A stretch of 64,000 nucleotides of DNA. Source: a virus. Below are positions 17,968 to 26,514 of the stretch, piece by piece (within the stretch, counting starts at the first letter, position 1; each line of letters opens with the position of its first letter). A program made the translations under genes and the position numbers. The notes beneath the pieces were generated by a model. It did no database searches. It worked only from the letters and a program-made list of their open reading frames with translations, and was not told where the DNA came from. The DNA is taken from positions 32,001-96,000 of IMG/VR virus record IMGVR_UViG_3300027704_003324; one strand, written 5' to 3'.

Positions 17968-18668
17968 ATGCTTGCTAATTCTATATTCTTATAAAACTCT
18001 GCTTTTGCAGAATCCTCATTTAAAAATGCTCCTGTTAACTTAGCAGTCTGCATTGAAGCTCCTTGATGCTTCACTCCTCTACAACTTACACAATTATGTG
18101 TTGCAGATATCATAACTGCTACTCCTAAATTACCTTCACATATCTTATTAACAGCATTATGAATAGCAACTGTTAATTGTTCTTGAATAGCACCTCTTCT
18201 TCCGAATTGCTCTACTATTCTATTTAATTTAGATAAGCCGACAACCTTCCCGGTCTCTGAAGCTATATAAGCTATGCTCACTTGTCCACCAATATTTTGG
18301 TGGTGGTGGGAGCACATAGACGTAACTGGAATATTAGATTCTTGTACGATTCCGTCGTAGCCGTCGCTAGGGAATGCCGTAATTCTGTCTAATGGCTCAT
18401 ATCGGCCCTTCCATAAATCGTTAACGTATGCTTTCGCTACTCTACGGGGAGTCTCAGAAGAGTTCGGATCATTTTTCCAATCCGTACCAAGAGCAGTCAA
18501 GAAGTCTCCAAATGCTTTTTCAGCATTATTAATGATAACTTCCTTCTCTTCTGATGTTAATCTAGCCTCAGGTCCGTCGGTTGCCTGCTTATCTGCTAGT
18601 TGAATGGATATACCGTTTGCATATCCAGCTTTTACTAATTCTGTTCCTTCTATAAACTTCTTTGCCAT
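17955..18668 (-). CDS. folE: GTP cyclohydrolase I (start taken as MAKKF at 18668)
   Basis: ETPRRVAKAY, SMCSHH, VGLSKLNR, IQEQLT, HNCVSCRGV. Confidence 0.95.
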   Translation of the reverse strand: MAKKFIEGTELVKAGYANGISIQLADKQATDGPEARLTSEEKEVIINNAEKAFGDFLTALGTDWKNDPNSSETPRRVAKAYVNDLWKGRYEPLDRITAFPSDGYDGIVQESNIPVTSMCSHHHQNIGGQVSIAYIASETGKVVGLSKLNRIVEQFGRRGAIQEQLTVAIHNAVNKICEGNLGVAVMISATHNCVSCRGVKHQGASMQTAKLTGAFLNEDSAKAEFYKNIELASICRH

Positions 18669-18678
18669 TTTCTCTTTA

Positions 18679-18705
18679 CTTGTTTTGTAGTGGTGCTTCA
18701 ACACT
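18679..18705 (-). promoter_or_regulatory. preQ1-I-like riboswitch aptamer in the folE leader
   Basis: AGUG-UUGAAGCAC-CACU-ACAAAACAAG between the promoter (18716-18725) and the ATG. Confidence 0.6.
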
Positions 18706-18734
18706 TATTAATACTTTAATATACGATTTTATTT

Positions 18735-19142
18735 TCATTTAACCAAATAATCTTGTATAGGATTTGAATTATCTTTTTCCCATGGATAAACTATCCACCC
18801 ATAATCATCTGCTATTTCTTGTGCATAGTACTCTGGTTTTGCTACTGATGTTGTCTTATAGTGAAGAGTAGCAAATTTAGGGTTAAACATAGTACCTCTT
18901 AAATCAAAGATTGTTTTACCGCTATCTGCTATATCATCTATAATCAATAGCTTAGGATAGTGGTTACTTGTGTACTGCATATAAGGTACTTCAAACCTAT
19001 GTGAGTACATTATTGCTAAAATGGTGCCTCCTCTTGGTATTCCAGTAACGTAGTCTATACTACCTTTACATTGTTCGTGTACTTTATCTAATAGTTCATA
19101 GACATCATCCCAAGTTAAGAATATTTTTTTTATTTCTCCCAT
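18735..19142 (-). CDS. type I phosphoribosyltransferase (Gpt-like)
   Basis: GIPRGG, LIIDDIADSGKT, WIVYPWE. Confidence 0.88.
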   Translation of the reverse strand: MGEIKKIFLTWDDVYELLDKVHEQCKGSIDYVTGIPRGGTILAIMYSHRFEVPYMQYTSNHYPKLLIIDDIADSGKTIFDLRGTMFNPKFATLHYKTTSVAKPEYYAQEIADDYGWIVYPWEKDNSNPIQDYLVK

Positions 19143-19270
19143 GTTGTTGTTGTTGTCCATATCGTAGGATCTATTACGTAGTTAAGTTCTTTCTCAAAGT
19201 TTAATTCTCTTACTTTTTTGCCTAATTCTTGATCATTAGGTGTGTCGTGTATTATTTGTTTAAGGTTCAT
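19130..19270 (-). CDS. small hypothetical protein (46 aa), not in the ORF track
   Basis: [27 protein letters not shown]..., overlapping both neighbours. Confidence 0.55.
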   Translation of the reverse strand: MNLKQIIHDTPNDQELGKKVRELNFEKELNYVIDPTIWTTTTTWEK

Positions 19271-19571
19271 ATTTTAATCCAAAAAATTTATAATTATTTA
19301 TAACTGCTTCTTTTTCTCCGTCGGCGATTGCATCTTCTTCTGTTTCGTATATTGCGTCTACTGGGCATTCTGGTATACAGGCTCCACAATCAATACATTC
19401 GTCTGGGTTGATATAAAGGCTTTTGCCTATTAGTTGTGATTTGGTCATTTCTGCAACTTCTGCTCCTGCTCCTGTTATATCTATAGGACCATGTATACAG
19501 TCTACAGGGCAAACTGTTACGCAAGCTGTATCGCAGGTACTAATGCACGGACTTCCTATTATATAACTCAT
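19260..19571 (-). CDS. 4Fe-4S dicluster ferredoxin
   Basis: [17 protein letters not shown] and [16 protein letters not shown]. Confidence 0.93.
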   Translation of the reverse strand: MSYIIGSPCISTCDTACVTVCPVDCIHGPIDITGAGAEVAEMTKSQLIGKSLYINPDECIDCGACIPECPVDAIYETEEDAIADGEKEAVINNYKFFGLKYEP

Positions 19572-20350
19572 TATACTTCTCTTTGATCTTCAAATGCAAT
19601 GATATGGGGTCTCCAAGTCATTCTATACCCATTATCTCTAACCCAATCAAACAATACAGGGTAAGACTTAAATAGAGATTCTCTTGAGTCTCCTGCAGGC
19701 ATAAACCATACTTTATCTTGAGGTGCTTCTAAAGTATCTATACATTCCATTATTTCTTTTAATGCTGCTTTATCTTTACCATCCCATACCGGCTTTAAGT
19801 GGTAGTTAGAATGGTATGCAATACTTTTTTTCATTGCTTCATAATTAAGTCTAAACTTATTATGTTGTTTAATCATCCTTTCATCAGTAATCTTACCTTG
19901 TGGTGTTGCCACTCCAAGTACAGGTACCGAGTTAGAGAATTTGGGACTGATAGAAAGCAAATTGATAGGATAATCCGTAGGTAGAAAATGACTACCTTCG
20001 TTCTCCATAGTAATAAAAATATCTTTTTCATTAGCAAAATGTGTTAATTCATTAACTAGTTTTCCATGCATTGAAGGTGATCCTCCAGTAAGCATCATTT
20101 CTTTAATATGAGGATTCTTCTCATATGCTTTAATTATATCATTAAAGTTATATTGACCTTTATCTGGATGAATAGATGTATACCAGCTATCACACCAGCC
20201 TCCTTCTCCAAAATAACATCTATGAGTACATCCTGTAGTTCTAATCACTACCGTTGGATAACCTGCTCTACTACCTTCTGACTGTACCGCTGTATATATT
20301 TCTACAATCGGTAAATTTTTATCGTAATCTTCTACTCTACCTAGGGACAT
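19571..20350 (-). CDS. queE: 7-carboxy-7-deazaguanine synthase (radical SAM)
   Basis: [14 protein letters not shown]...WCDS, LTGG, SISPK. Confidence 0.9.
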   Translation of the reverse strand: MSLGRVEDYDKNLPIVEIYTAVQSEGSRAGYPTVVIRTTGCTHRCYFGEGGWCDSWYTSIHPDKGQYNFNDIIKAYEKNPHIKEMMLTGGSPSMHGKLVNELTHFANEKDIFITMENEGSHFLPTDYPINLLSISPKFSNSVPVLGVATPQGKITDERMIKQHNKFRLNYEAMKKSIAYHSNYHLKPVWDGKDKAALKEIMECIDTLEAPQDKVWFMPAGDSRESLFKSYPVLFDWVRDNGYRMTWRPHIIAFEDQREV

Positions 20351-20804
20351 ATATTGCTGAGTTTTTACCGTGTTCTCTAAATTCTACTTTTATAACTTTT
20401 ACTCTACCTTCAGTTTCCGTTTCTATGAATGGAGCTAACTTTTCGTATATATACTGTGAGAACTTCTCTGCTCCTGTAGCAGGTACTACTCTAACCTGTG
20501 CTATACCTATTTGATTAAGCCTCATTGCTTCAGGTAGAAATGGATCGTCTTCTGCTATTAAGTAGGTATGGTCAAACATATGATCCATCCATACTTTTGG
20601 AGACATTCCATCTATTAAGGTCTTAGCTCTTTTCATTCCTCCGAAATCCCATACCCAGTTTCTTTCATCTAAATCTCCTTCAAACCATAGTTTAAAAGAT
20701 ACTCCATAACCGTGTAGAAATCTACAATGAGTAGTTTCGGCTTTCCATTGTCGAAAGACTGTACTGAATCCATCGAATACTTTTGTTGATTGATATTTTG
20801 CCAT
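20337..20804 (-). CDS. queD: 6-carboxy-5,6,7,8-tetrahydropterin synthase
   Basis: HCRFLHGY, WDFG, FDHT, GAEKF. Confidence 0.9.
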   Translation of the reverse strand: MAKYQSTKVFDGFSTVFRQWKAETTHCRFLHGYGVSFKLWFEGDLDERNWVWDFGGMKRAKTLIDGMSPKVWMDHMFDHTYLIAEDDPFLPEAMRLNQIGIAQVRVVPATGAEKFSQYIYEKLAPFIETETEGRVKVIKVEFREHGKNSAIYVPR

Positions 20805-20812
20805 AATATAAT

Positions 20813-21064
20813 TTAAACTAATTCTTCCCCAATTCCAACTAATTCAGCTAAAAATAATAAAATAAAGCCTAACTCAAATAATCCGAAGAATCCAAAAGCA
20901 CATGCTCCTAGTCGAATTGCGGATTTAATAAAAGATATTTTTTGGTGTAAACTAGGATCGGGTATTTTTTGACCGTTGATCTCTAATGACGGTTTCATAA
21001 CTACTTGCCCTCGATCGTCTCTGTAATAAAGATCATCGTTCAATTTCTCTTGTAACTTTTTCAT
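20813..21064 (-). CDS. small membrane protein heading the queD-queE operon
   Basis: C-terminal hydrophobic hairpin ending GIGEELV. Confidence 0.7.
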   Translation of the reverse strand: MKKLQEKLNDDLYYRDDRGQVVMKPSLEINGQKIPDPSLHQKISFIKSAIRLGACAFGFFGLFELGFILLFLAELVGIGEELV

Positions 21065-21066
21065 TT

Positions 21067-21094
21067 CGTGTTTTTAAAGTGGTACTGTGACACT
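21067..21094 (-). promoter_or_regulatory. preQ1-I-like riboswitch aptamer in the leader of the queD-queE operon
   Basis: AGUG-UCACAGUAC-CACU-UUAAAAACACG, 2 nt before the ATG; close to the T. tengcongensis preQ1-I aptamer as remembered. Confidence 0.7.
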
Positions 21095-21120
21095 ATCGCC
21101 TTATATTAATACAATATACG

Positions 21121-21149
21121 AAAAAAGGAGATAGTAACCAACTATCCCC
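21121..21149 (-). terminator. intrinsic terminator
   Basis: GGGGATAGT-TGGTT-ACTATCTCC followed by TTTTTT on the minus strand. Confidence 0.75.
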
Positions 21150-21171
21150 CCTTAATCTTCTGTATTTTATT

Positions 21172-22845
21172 TTATAAAGCTGCTATAGATGCTGTAAATG
21201 CATTATAGCTTGGAGCTGCTGCAACTAAATTCTTTAAAGCTGTTATGCTTATATAATTAGCAGATAGTGCATAAGAGCCTGTAGCTGCGTTAAGAGCACT
21301 AACTGATGGTAAGCTAGTAGTTAAAGCGTATGAACCTGTGGCTGAGTTAAGAGCTGTTAGGTCTACGTTAGTTAATACTGTTGAACCTGATAATAGTAAA
21401 GATCCTGTAACGTTTAAAGTTGTTGCAACGTTTACTTTTTTATTGAATAGCCATCTCTTATTAGATCTAACATATCCATCTTTTCGTGCTTCAAGTACTA
21501 CATCAGTTCCTCCTAATGACCCTGTTCCACCTCCTGTAAGTTGCATAGCAGGTTGTGTAGAGCCTGAGATAGCATACGAAGTTATAGAGATACCTGCATT
21601 TGGACCTGTCTTATCTGAAATGGTATAACCAGCGTAACGTTGTACTGATCCACTTTCTGTATCTAAGTAAGTCTGTACTCCAATTGAATTCCCTGGCTCT
21701 GCATAGGAGTTAATAGAAAAGTATCCTGAACCAGATATTGTCTGGTTACCTGTAAATGAATTACCTCCAGTTAAAGTAGCATGTGAACTAGTAGCTGCAT
21801 TTAAAGCAGTTACATCTGGTATATTACTTGCTAAAGCATACGAGCTTGTAGTTGCATTTAAAGCAGTTACATCTGGTATATTACTTGCTAAAGCATACGA
21901 GCTTGTAGCTGAGTTTATACTACTAACTGCTGTAGCTACTTGTGCATCTGTAGCAAAGGTAGCATCTAATGACCCTGTAAATGTATTAAGTGCTGTTAGA
22001 TCTGCGTTAGTTAATACTGTTGAACCTGATAATAATAGAGATCCTGTAACGTTTAGTACTCCTGTAACATTTACTTTCTTATTGAATATCCATCTCTTAT
22101 TAGATCTAACGTATCCATCTTTTTGAGCCTGAAGAATTACTGTTGTACCTCCTAATGACCCTGTTCCCCCTCCTGTAAGTTGCATAGCAGGCTGTGTAGA
22201 GCCTGATATAACATATGAATTAATCGAAATACCTGCATTTGGACCTGTCTTATCTGAAATGGTGTAGCCAGCGTAACGTTGTGCTGATCCGCTTTCTGTA
22301 TCTAAGTAGGTCTGTACTCCAATTGAATTTCCTGGCTCTGCATAGGAATTAATAGAGAAGTATCCAGATCCTGATATTGTTTGGTTTCCTGTAAATGAAT
22401 TCCCTCCAGCTAAAGTAGCATGTGAACTAGTAGCTGCATTTAAAGCAACAACTGCATTTGCTAATTGTGCATCAGTCGCATATGTAGCATCTAATGAACC
22501 TGTAAATGAATGTAAATTTTGTATGTGGCTATTTGCTGTTGCAATATTAGAATCAATAGACCCTGTTTTTGTATTTAAAGAACTTACTGCTGTTGATACT
22601 TGAGCATCAGTCGCATATGTTGCATCCAGAGAAGCACTAAATTGATCTAGCTTCTGTATAGCTGCAGTTACGTTTGAATATCCTTCAATACCTAATGAAC
22701 CGGTAACACTAAGGCTACCTGTAACTTTCAAAGCTCCAATAGATCCAGATACTAGTTTTCCTAGTCCATCTTGAAATTGAGCATTGTCAACTTGTACCAA
22801 TCGCTGGTACGTCTTGTTTATCTTCTTGCTTGTGAAATTTGCCAT
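21172..22845 (-). CDS. putative virion fibre protein with internal duplication
   Basis: Gly/Ser/Thr/Ala-rich with TGS repeats; ~155-aa block duplicated; TATTTATA motif upstream. Confidence 0.65.
   Translation of the reverse strand: MANFTSKKINKTYQRLVQVDNAQFQDGLGKLVSGSIGALKVTGSLSVTGSLGIEGYSNVTAAIQKLDQFSASLDATYATDAQVSTAVSSLNTKTGSIDSNIATANSHIQNLHSFTGSLDATYATDAQLANAVVALNAATSSHATLAGGNSFTGNQTISGSGYFSINSYAEPGNSIGVQTYLDTESGSAQRYAGYTISDKTGPNAGISINSYVISGSTQPAMQLTGGGTGSLGGTTVILQAQKDGYVRSNKRWIFNKKVNVTGVLNVTGSLLLSGSTVLTNADLTALNTFTGSLDATFATDAQVATAVSSINSATSSYALASNIPDVTALNATTSSYALASNIPDVTALNAATSSHATLTGGNSFTGNQTISGSGYFSINSYAEPGNSIGVQTYLDTESGSVQRYAGYTISDKTGPNAGISITSYAISGSTQPAMQLTGGGTGSLGGTDVVLEARKDGYVRSNKRWLFNKKVNVATTLNVTGSLLLSGSTVLTNVDLTALNSATGSYALTTSLPSVSALNAATGSYALSANYISITALKNLVAAAPSYNAFTASIAAL
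21347..22448. repeat. direct repeat of ~460 bp (offset 639 bp) plus a 57-bp tandem repeat
   Basis: Copies at ~21347-21808 and ~21986-22448; GCATTTAAAGCAGTTACATCTGG... unit at ~21797 and ~21854. Confidence 0.85.
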
Positions 22846-22870
22846 GTATCTGAGTATATCTTATAAATAG

Positions 22871-22987
22871 CTAAAAGTTCTTATAATTAAATGGGTCTCT
22901 GTTTTTTAACTCACGAATCTTTTTCTTATACGCTCTTGACGCTTTCCATGTGGTATAGTATTCTTTTATTACTTTAAGTATTCTCAT
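22871..22987 (-). CDS. small protein accompanying the carbamoyltransferase (38 aa), not in the ORF track
   Basis: MRILKVIKEYYTTWKASRAYKKKIRELKNRDPFNYKNF; ATGA overlap with the upstream stop. Confidence 0.65.
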   Translation of the reverse strand: MRILKVIKEYYTTWKASRAYKKKIRELKNRDPFNYKNF

Positions 22988-24654
22988 TTTTTCATTATTA
23001 AATAATTGTTAATAACAAGATAAGGGATATCACTATTAATGAACCTTGTTACAGCTTGTTCTGGTGTTCTAGTTATCGTCTGATCTTTAAGGTTAAACGA
23101 TGTATTTAGTACAACACCATGTCCTGATACTCTTTTTAGTTCCTGTAGTAATAAATAGTACTTTTTGTTCCTTTGTTTAGTAACTGATTGAATCCTAGCT
23201 GTATTATCTATGTGAGTAGCAGAAGGAAATAAGTTTTTAGCAGTCTCTTTTACTTTAACTACTTGATTCATATAAGGGACAGCTTCATTAGCGTCAAAAT
23301 ACTTAAGTACATCCTCATTAAGAACTGATGGAGCAAAAGGTCTAAACCCTTCTCTCTTTTTTATTGTATAGTTTAACTTATCTCTCATTTTAGCATTTGT
23401 TGGGGAAGCTAGTATACTTCTATTACCTAATGCTCTAGCTCCAAATTCCATACGGCCTTGAAACCATGCTACAATATTCTGGTTGTTAATTAGTGAAGCT
23501 GTTCGTTTTAGTAAAACTTCATAATCTAGTTTTAAAAAAGAAACTTTCCCTACGTTGTCCTCTAGTACTCCCTGTATATACTCATCTGTATAATGGTTTC
23601 CTAAATAAGGTGTAATATTGGTATGTTTAGGTCCTAAATAAGCAACTAGACAAGCTCCTATAGCTGATCCAGCATCTGAAGGTGCAAAAGGTATGTGGAT
23701 ATTTTTAAAGTACTTATAAGCTTTATTATTTGCTACTCCATTATATGCACATCCTCCTCCTAAACATAAATTGTCAGAATTACATATTAGTTTAGCTCTT
23801 TCTACTAATTTTAAAAACTCTCTTTCGTAAATATTCTGTAAAGCGCAAGCTAAATCTTTATGTTCTTGAGTAACTGGTTCTTCCGGTAAACGAGGTGCTA
23901 ACTGAAGTAATCCTGCAAGGTGTTTCGTGAACATTATATTATCTGAGTATTCCCAGGTAAAGTATCCTTGGTCTATTTCGAATTTATTAGAAGTTACATT
24001 AATAAATACTTGGTCTAATTTTTCATAGTATGTATTAGGATTTCCATACGGTGATAACCCCATTACTTTGTATTCTCCTTCATTTGGCTTAAACCCTAAA
24101 AAAGCTGTTATAGTTGAATATAACATTCCTAATGAATGTGGGAAGTCTATACTTAATTTCTTATCAATACCTTTTTCATCTCCTTTACTTATAGTAACAG
24201 TTTCAAATTCTCCAACTCCGTCTACTGTTAAAATTGCTGCGTCTTTATAAGGGGAAGTATAAAAAGAAAAAGCAGCGTGAGATAAATGATGATCTATATA
24301 TTTAATTTTACCCTTATATCCGTAGTTTTCTTTTAATAAAGTTTCTGGGTTATTTGCCTTATACTCTTTAAGGAATTTTCTACGTTTAAAAAATGTTCTT
24401 ATTGGCCTTTTTGCAAAAGACTTAAGAACTCTTTGTTTCTTCTTTTCCGGAACTTCATACCAGCATACTTCATTAACTTCTTCCATACTAATGCCAGTAT
24501 CTTTAAGGCACCAATTAATTGAATTTGTGGGAAAACTATAATCATGTTTAATCTCTGTAAATCTTTCTTCTTCTACAGCTGCTACTACTTTTCCGTCTAT
24601 TACTAAACAAGCAGCACTATCATGGTAAAAAGCAGATATTCCTAATTGTATCAT
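22984..24654 (-). CDS. carbamoyltransferase (NodU/CmcH family)
   Basis: YHDSAAC, EEERF, HHLSHA, GEYKVMGL, EFGARALGNRS, FRPFAPS, NTSFN. Confidence 0.95.
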   Translation of the reverse strand: MIQLGISAFYHDSAACLVIDGKVVAAVEEERFTEIKHDYSFPTNSINWCLKDTGISMEEVNEVCWYEVPEKKKQRVLKSFAKRPIRTFFKRRKFLKEYKANNPETLLKENYGYKGKIKYIDHHLSHAAFSFYTSPYKDAAILTVDGVGEFETVTISKGDEKGIDKKLSIDFPHSLGMLYSTITAFLGFKPNEGEYKVMGLSPYGNPNTYYEKLDQVFINVTSNKFEIDQGYFTWEYSDNIMFTKHLAGLLQLAPRLPEEPVTQEHKDLACALQNIYEREFLKLVERAKLICNSDNLCLGGGCAYNGVANNKAYKYFKNIHIPFAPSDAGSAIGACLVAYLGPKHTNITPYLGNHYTDEYIQGVLEDNVGKVSFLKLDYEVLLKRTASLINNQNIVAWFQGRMEFGARALGNRSILASPTNAKMRDKLNYTIKKREGFRPFAPSVLNEDVLKYFDANEAVPYMNQVVKVKETAKNLFPSATHIDNTARIQSVTKQRNKKYYLLLQELKRVSGHGVVLNTSFNLKDQTITRTPEQAVTRFINSDIPYLVINNYLIMKK

Positions 24655-24860
24655 TCTTTATTTATTCCGTATTTACTGTACTTATACCAAGCTCTCTCAT
24701 GAAAATAGTAAAGTATCATTTTTGTTATTACTTCTACTCCGCCAATTGAAAGTCCTATTTTCCAACTTCCTGTAATTAACCAAGATAGTATAAATGTATC
24801 TATAGTTCCAACTATTCTCCAAGATATAGTTTTAGCTAAATGTCTTTTATAATTTACCAT
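24651..24860 (-). CDS. DUF2061-like membrane protein
   Basis: KTISWRIVGT...LYYFHERAW. Confidence 0.85.
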   Translation of the reverse strand: MVNYKRHLAKTISWRIVGTIDTFILSWLITGSWKIGLSIGGVEVITKMILYYFHERAWYKYSKYGINKE

Positions 24861-25203
24861 CCTCCTTCATTTGGTTCCTGATCTTAGTAGCTGAGATATC
24901 GTGTATGTCCTTGGGAGGTACGTGCTCTATTACTTCGTATCCTACTCCCCTACCGTAATTAATTGACTCAATATCCGGAATCTTAATTACCTTAACTCTT
25001 CCTTCTTCTATTAAATCTTTAAGCTCTTCTGCTAAATTCATTAGGACTTCTTGTGCAGTCCAAGGTTGTGACGAATTAGGCTCTACATCTCTAATGCAAA
25101 CTAATACGTTTTTACCTATTTTTAATCTTTGTTCGATTAACCATCTATGGCCTGGATGCCAAGGTTGCCATCTACCGATGTACATTGAAAATTGTTTGCT
25201 CAT
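24847..25203 (-). CDS. HIGH-family nucleotidyltransferase (possible minimal sulfate adenylyltransferase)
   Basis: GRWQPWHPGH, YGRGVGY, ISATKIR; adjacent to cysC. Confidence 0.75.
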   Translation of the reverse strand: MSKQFSMYIGRWQPWHPGHRWLIEQRLKIGKNVLVCIRDVEPNSSQPWTAQEVLMNLAEELKDLIEEGRVKVIKIPDIESINYGRGVGYEVIEHVPPKDIHDISATKIRNQMKEDGKL

Positions 25204-25640
25204 AATCCGAATACTATATGTTCTATTAAATTATATGATGCTTCTGGGGTATCTATTGTTGTGTTGATAGCAATGAAGTCTTTTTTAGGAGCTATATAAG
25301 CTTCTGCTTTAAAATGATCTCTTTCTCTAGGTTCAGTAGTATAGACGTAAAATTCACAAATATTTTTTTCACCTATTAATGTTTTAAAATCCTCTCTTTG
25401 GTCAATATAAGGAGCTATTAAAGAAACAATAACTGTTCTTCCTTTTTTATGTAGGTAGTGTGCTATTTTTTGTGCTGTAGTTACGTTTTCTACTCTTCCT
25501 TTTATTGAATAGTCTTTATTAGTTGTTAACTCTCTTAAATCGTCTCCATCAATATGAAAAGAGCCTGGTATTGCTGTATGTAGCTTTTTAGCTAATGTAG
25601 TCTTTCCAGCTGCTGGCTGGCCTGTAAACCAATATATCAT
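25200..25640 (-). CDS. cysC: adenylylsulfate kinase
   Basis: WFTGQPAAGKTT, IDGDDLR, SLIAPY. Confidence 0.85.
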   Translation of the reverse strand: MIYWFTGQPAAGKTTLAKKLHTAIPGSFHIDGDDLRELTTNKDYSIKGRVENVTTAQKIAHYLHKKGRTVIVSLIAPYIDQREDFKTLIGEKNICEFYVYTTEPRERDHFKAEAYIAPKKDFIAINTTIDTPEASYNLIEHIVFGL

Positions 25641-25641
25641 A

Positions 25642-25836
25642 TTACTGTTTTGTTTTAGCTATTCTAGCTGCTTCAATTATTGCTTCTGTTGAATATTTAG
25701 TTAGGATTGTATAAGCTTCCTTAACCTCTTCTGGGGTAGGTATATAGTTGTTTATATACCTTACTGAAGGAATGTTCTGTATGAGACTTGTTGTCTCATC
25801 ATTATTTTCATACCATTTACTAATTGTATCGCTCAT
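25642..25836 (-). CDS. hypothetical protein
   Basis: 64 aa coupled ORF. Confidence 0.55.
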   Translation of the reverse strand: MSDTISKWYENNDETTSLIQNIPSVRYINNYIPTPEEVKEAYTILTKYSTEAIIEAARIAKTKQ

Positions 25837-26420
25837 AACTTTAAATCTTTTCTAATATCTTTTTTTACTACGTTTAAATACTCAGCTCTTTTCTTTGCAT
25901 CTACAAATGGTACTGACCAGAATTGTTTTGTTTTAAACCATCTATTTAGATTCCATCCGAATACAAATGTATAGACTCCCATTACTAATCTCAATTTAAC
26001 TGAATTAAGGTATAACGTAATAACAGGTAACATCGGTGCTCCATGTGTAATATATGTTCTAACTTTCTTATCACTTAACCTTGGTTTAGGATAAGCATAT
26101 TTACCTGTAATAGGTACAAAGTTATATGCAAAACCTGGTGTTAGTACTTCATCAAAAAATGTTTCCATCTTCGGTGTCATTCTAAACCACCAAACAGGTG
26201 ATACAAAGTATATGTGAGTAGACCAAGTAATTAGCTTTTTATATTCCTTTATCAATTCTGTTCTATCACGATGTAGTTTATCATCATATACATCGATGAT
26301 TTCATATACTTCGTTATTCTTTTCCAATTGCCTTATGATAGTTTTAAATATACCATTATAACAAAATGATTTTTGATCAGGATGCCCTATTACTACTAAA
26401 TGTTTGAACTTCTTTTTCAC
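25833..26420 (-). CDS. flavodoxin-fold NAD(P)H-dependent oxidoreductase
   Basis: GHPDQKSF, SPVWW..P..E..FDEVLTPGFAY. Confidence 0.85.
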   Translation of the reverse strand: MKKKFKHLVVIGHPDQKSFCYNGIFKTIIRQLEKNNEVYEIIDVYDDKLHRDRTELIKEYKKLITWSTHIYFVSPVWWFRMTPKMETFFDEVLTPGFAYNFVPITGKYAYPKPRLSDKKVRTYITHGAPMLPVITLYLNSVKLRLVMGVYTFVFGWNLNRWFKTKQFWSVPFVDAKKRAEYLNVVKKDIRKDLKL

Positions 26421-26438
26421 TTACATTATTTTAATTTG

Positions 26439-26512
26439 TGGAGAATATCGGAGTCGAACCGATGACCTCCTGCGTGCAAGGCAGGCGCTCTAGCCAGCTG
26501 AGCTAATCCCCC
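26439..26512 (-). tRNA. tRNA-Ala(UGC)
   Basis: GGGGGATTAGCTCAGCTGGCTAGAGCGCCTGCCTTGCACGCAGGAGGTCATCGGTTCGACTCCGATATTCTCCA; G3:U70 identity pair; CCA not encoded. Confidence 0.97.
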
Positions 26513-26514
26513 AT

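Noticed and set aside
18669-18704. N-terminal extension of folE in the ORF track
   Set aside because: The start falls inside the leader hairpin only a few nt after the predicted TSS; the ATG at 18668 fits better
19143-19157. (ACA)5 microsatellite
   Set aside because: Short and in frame within a small ORF; no evidence for phase variation
21797-21908. 57-bp repeat as a possible CRISPR array
   Set aside because: In-frame coding tandem duplication without spacers; no cas genes in the window
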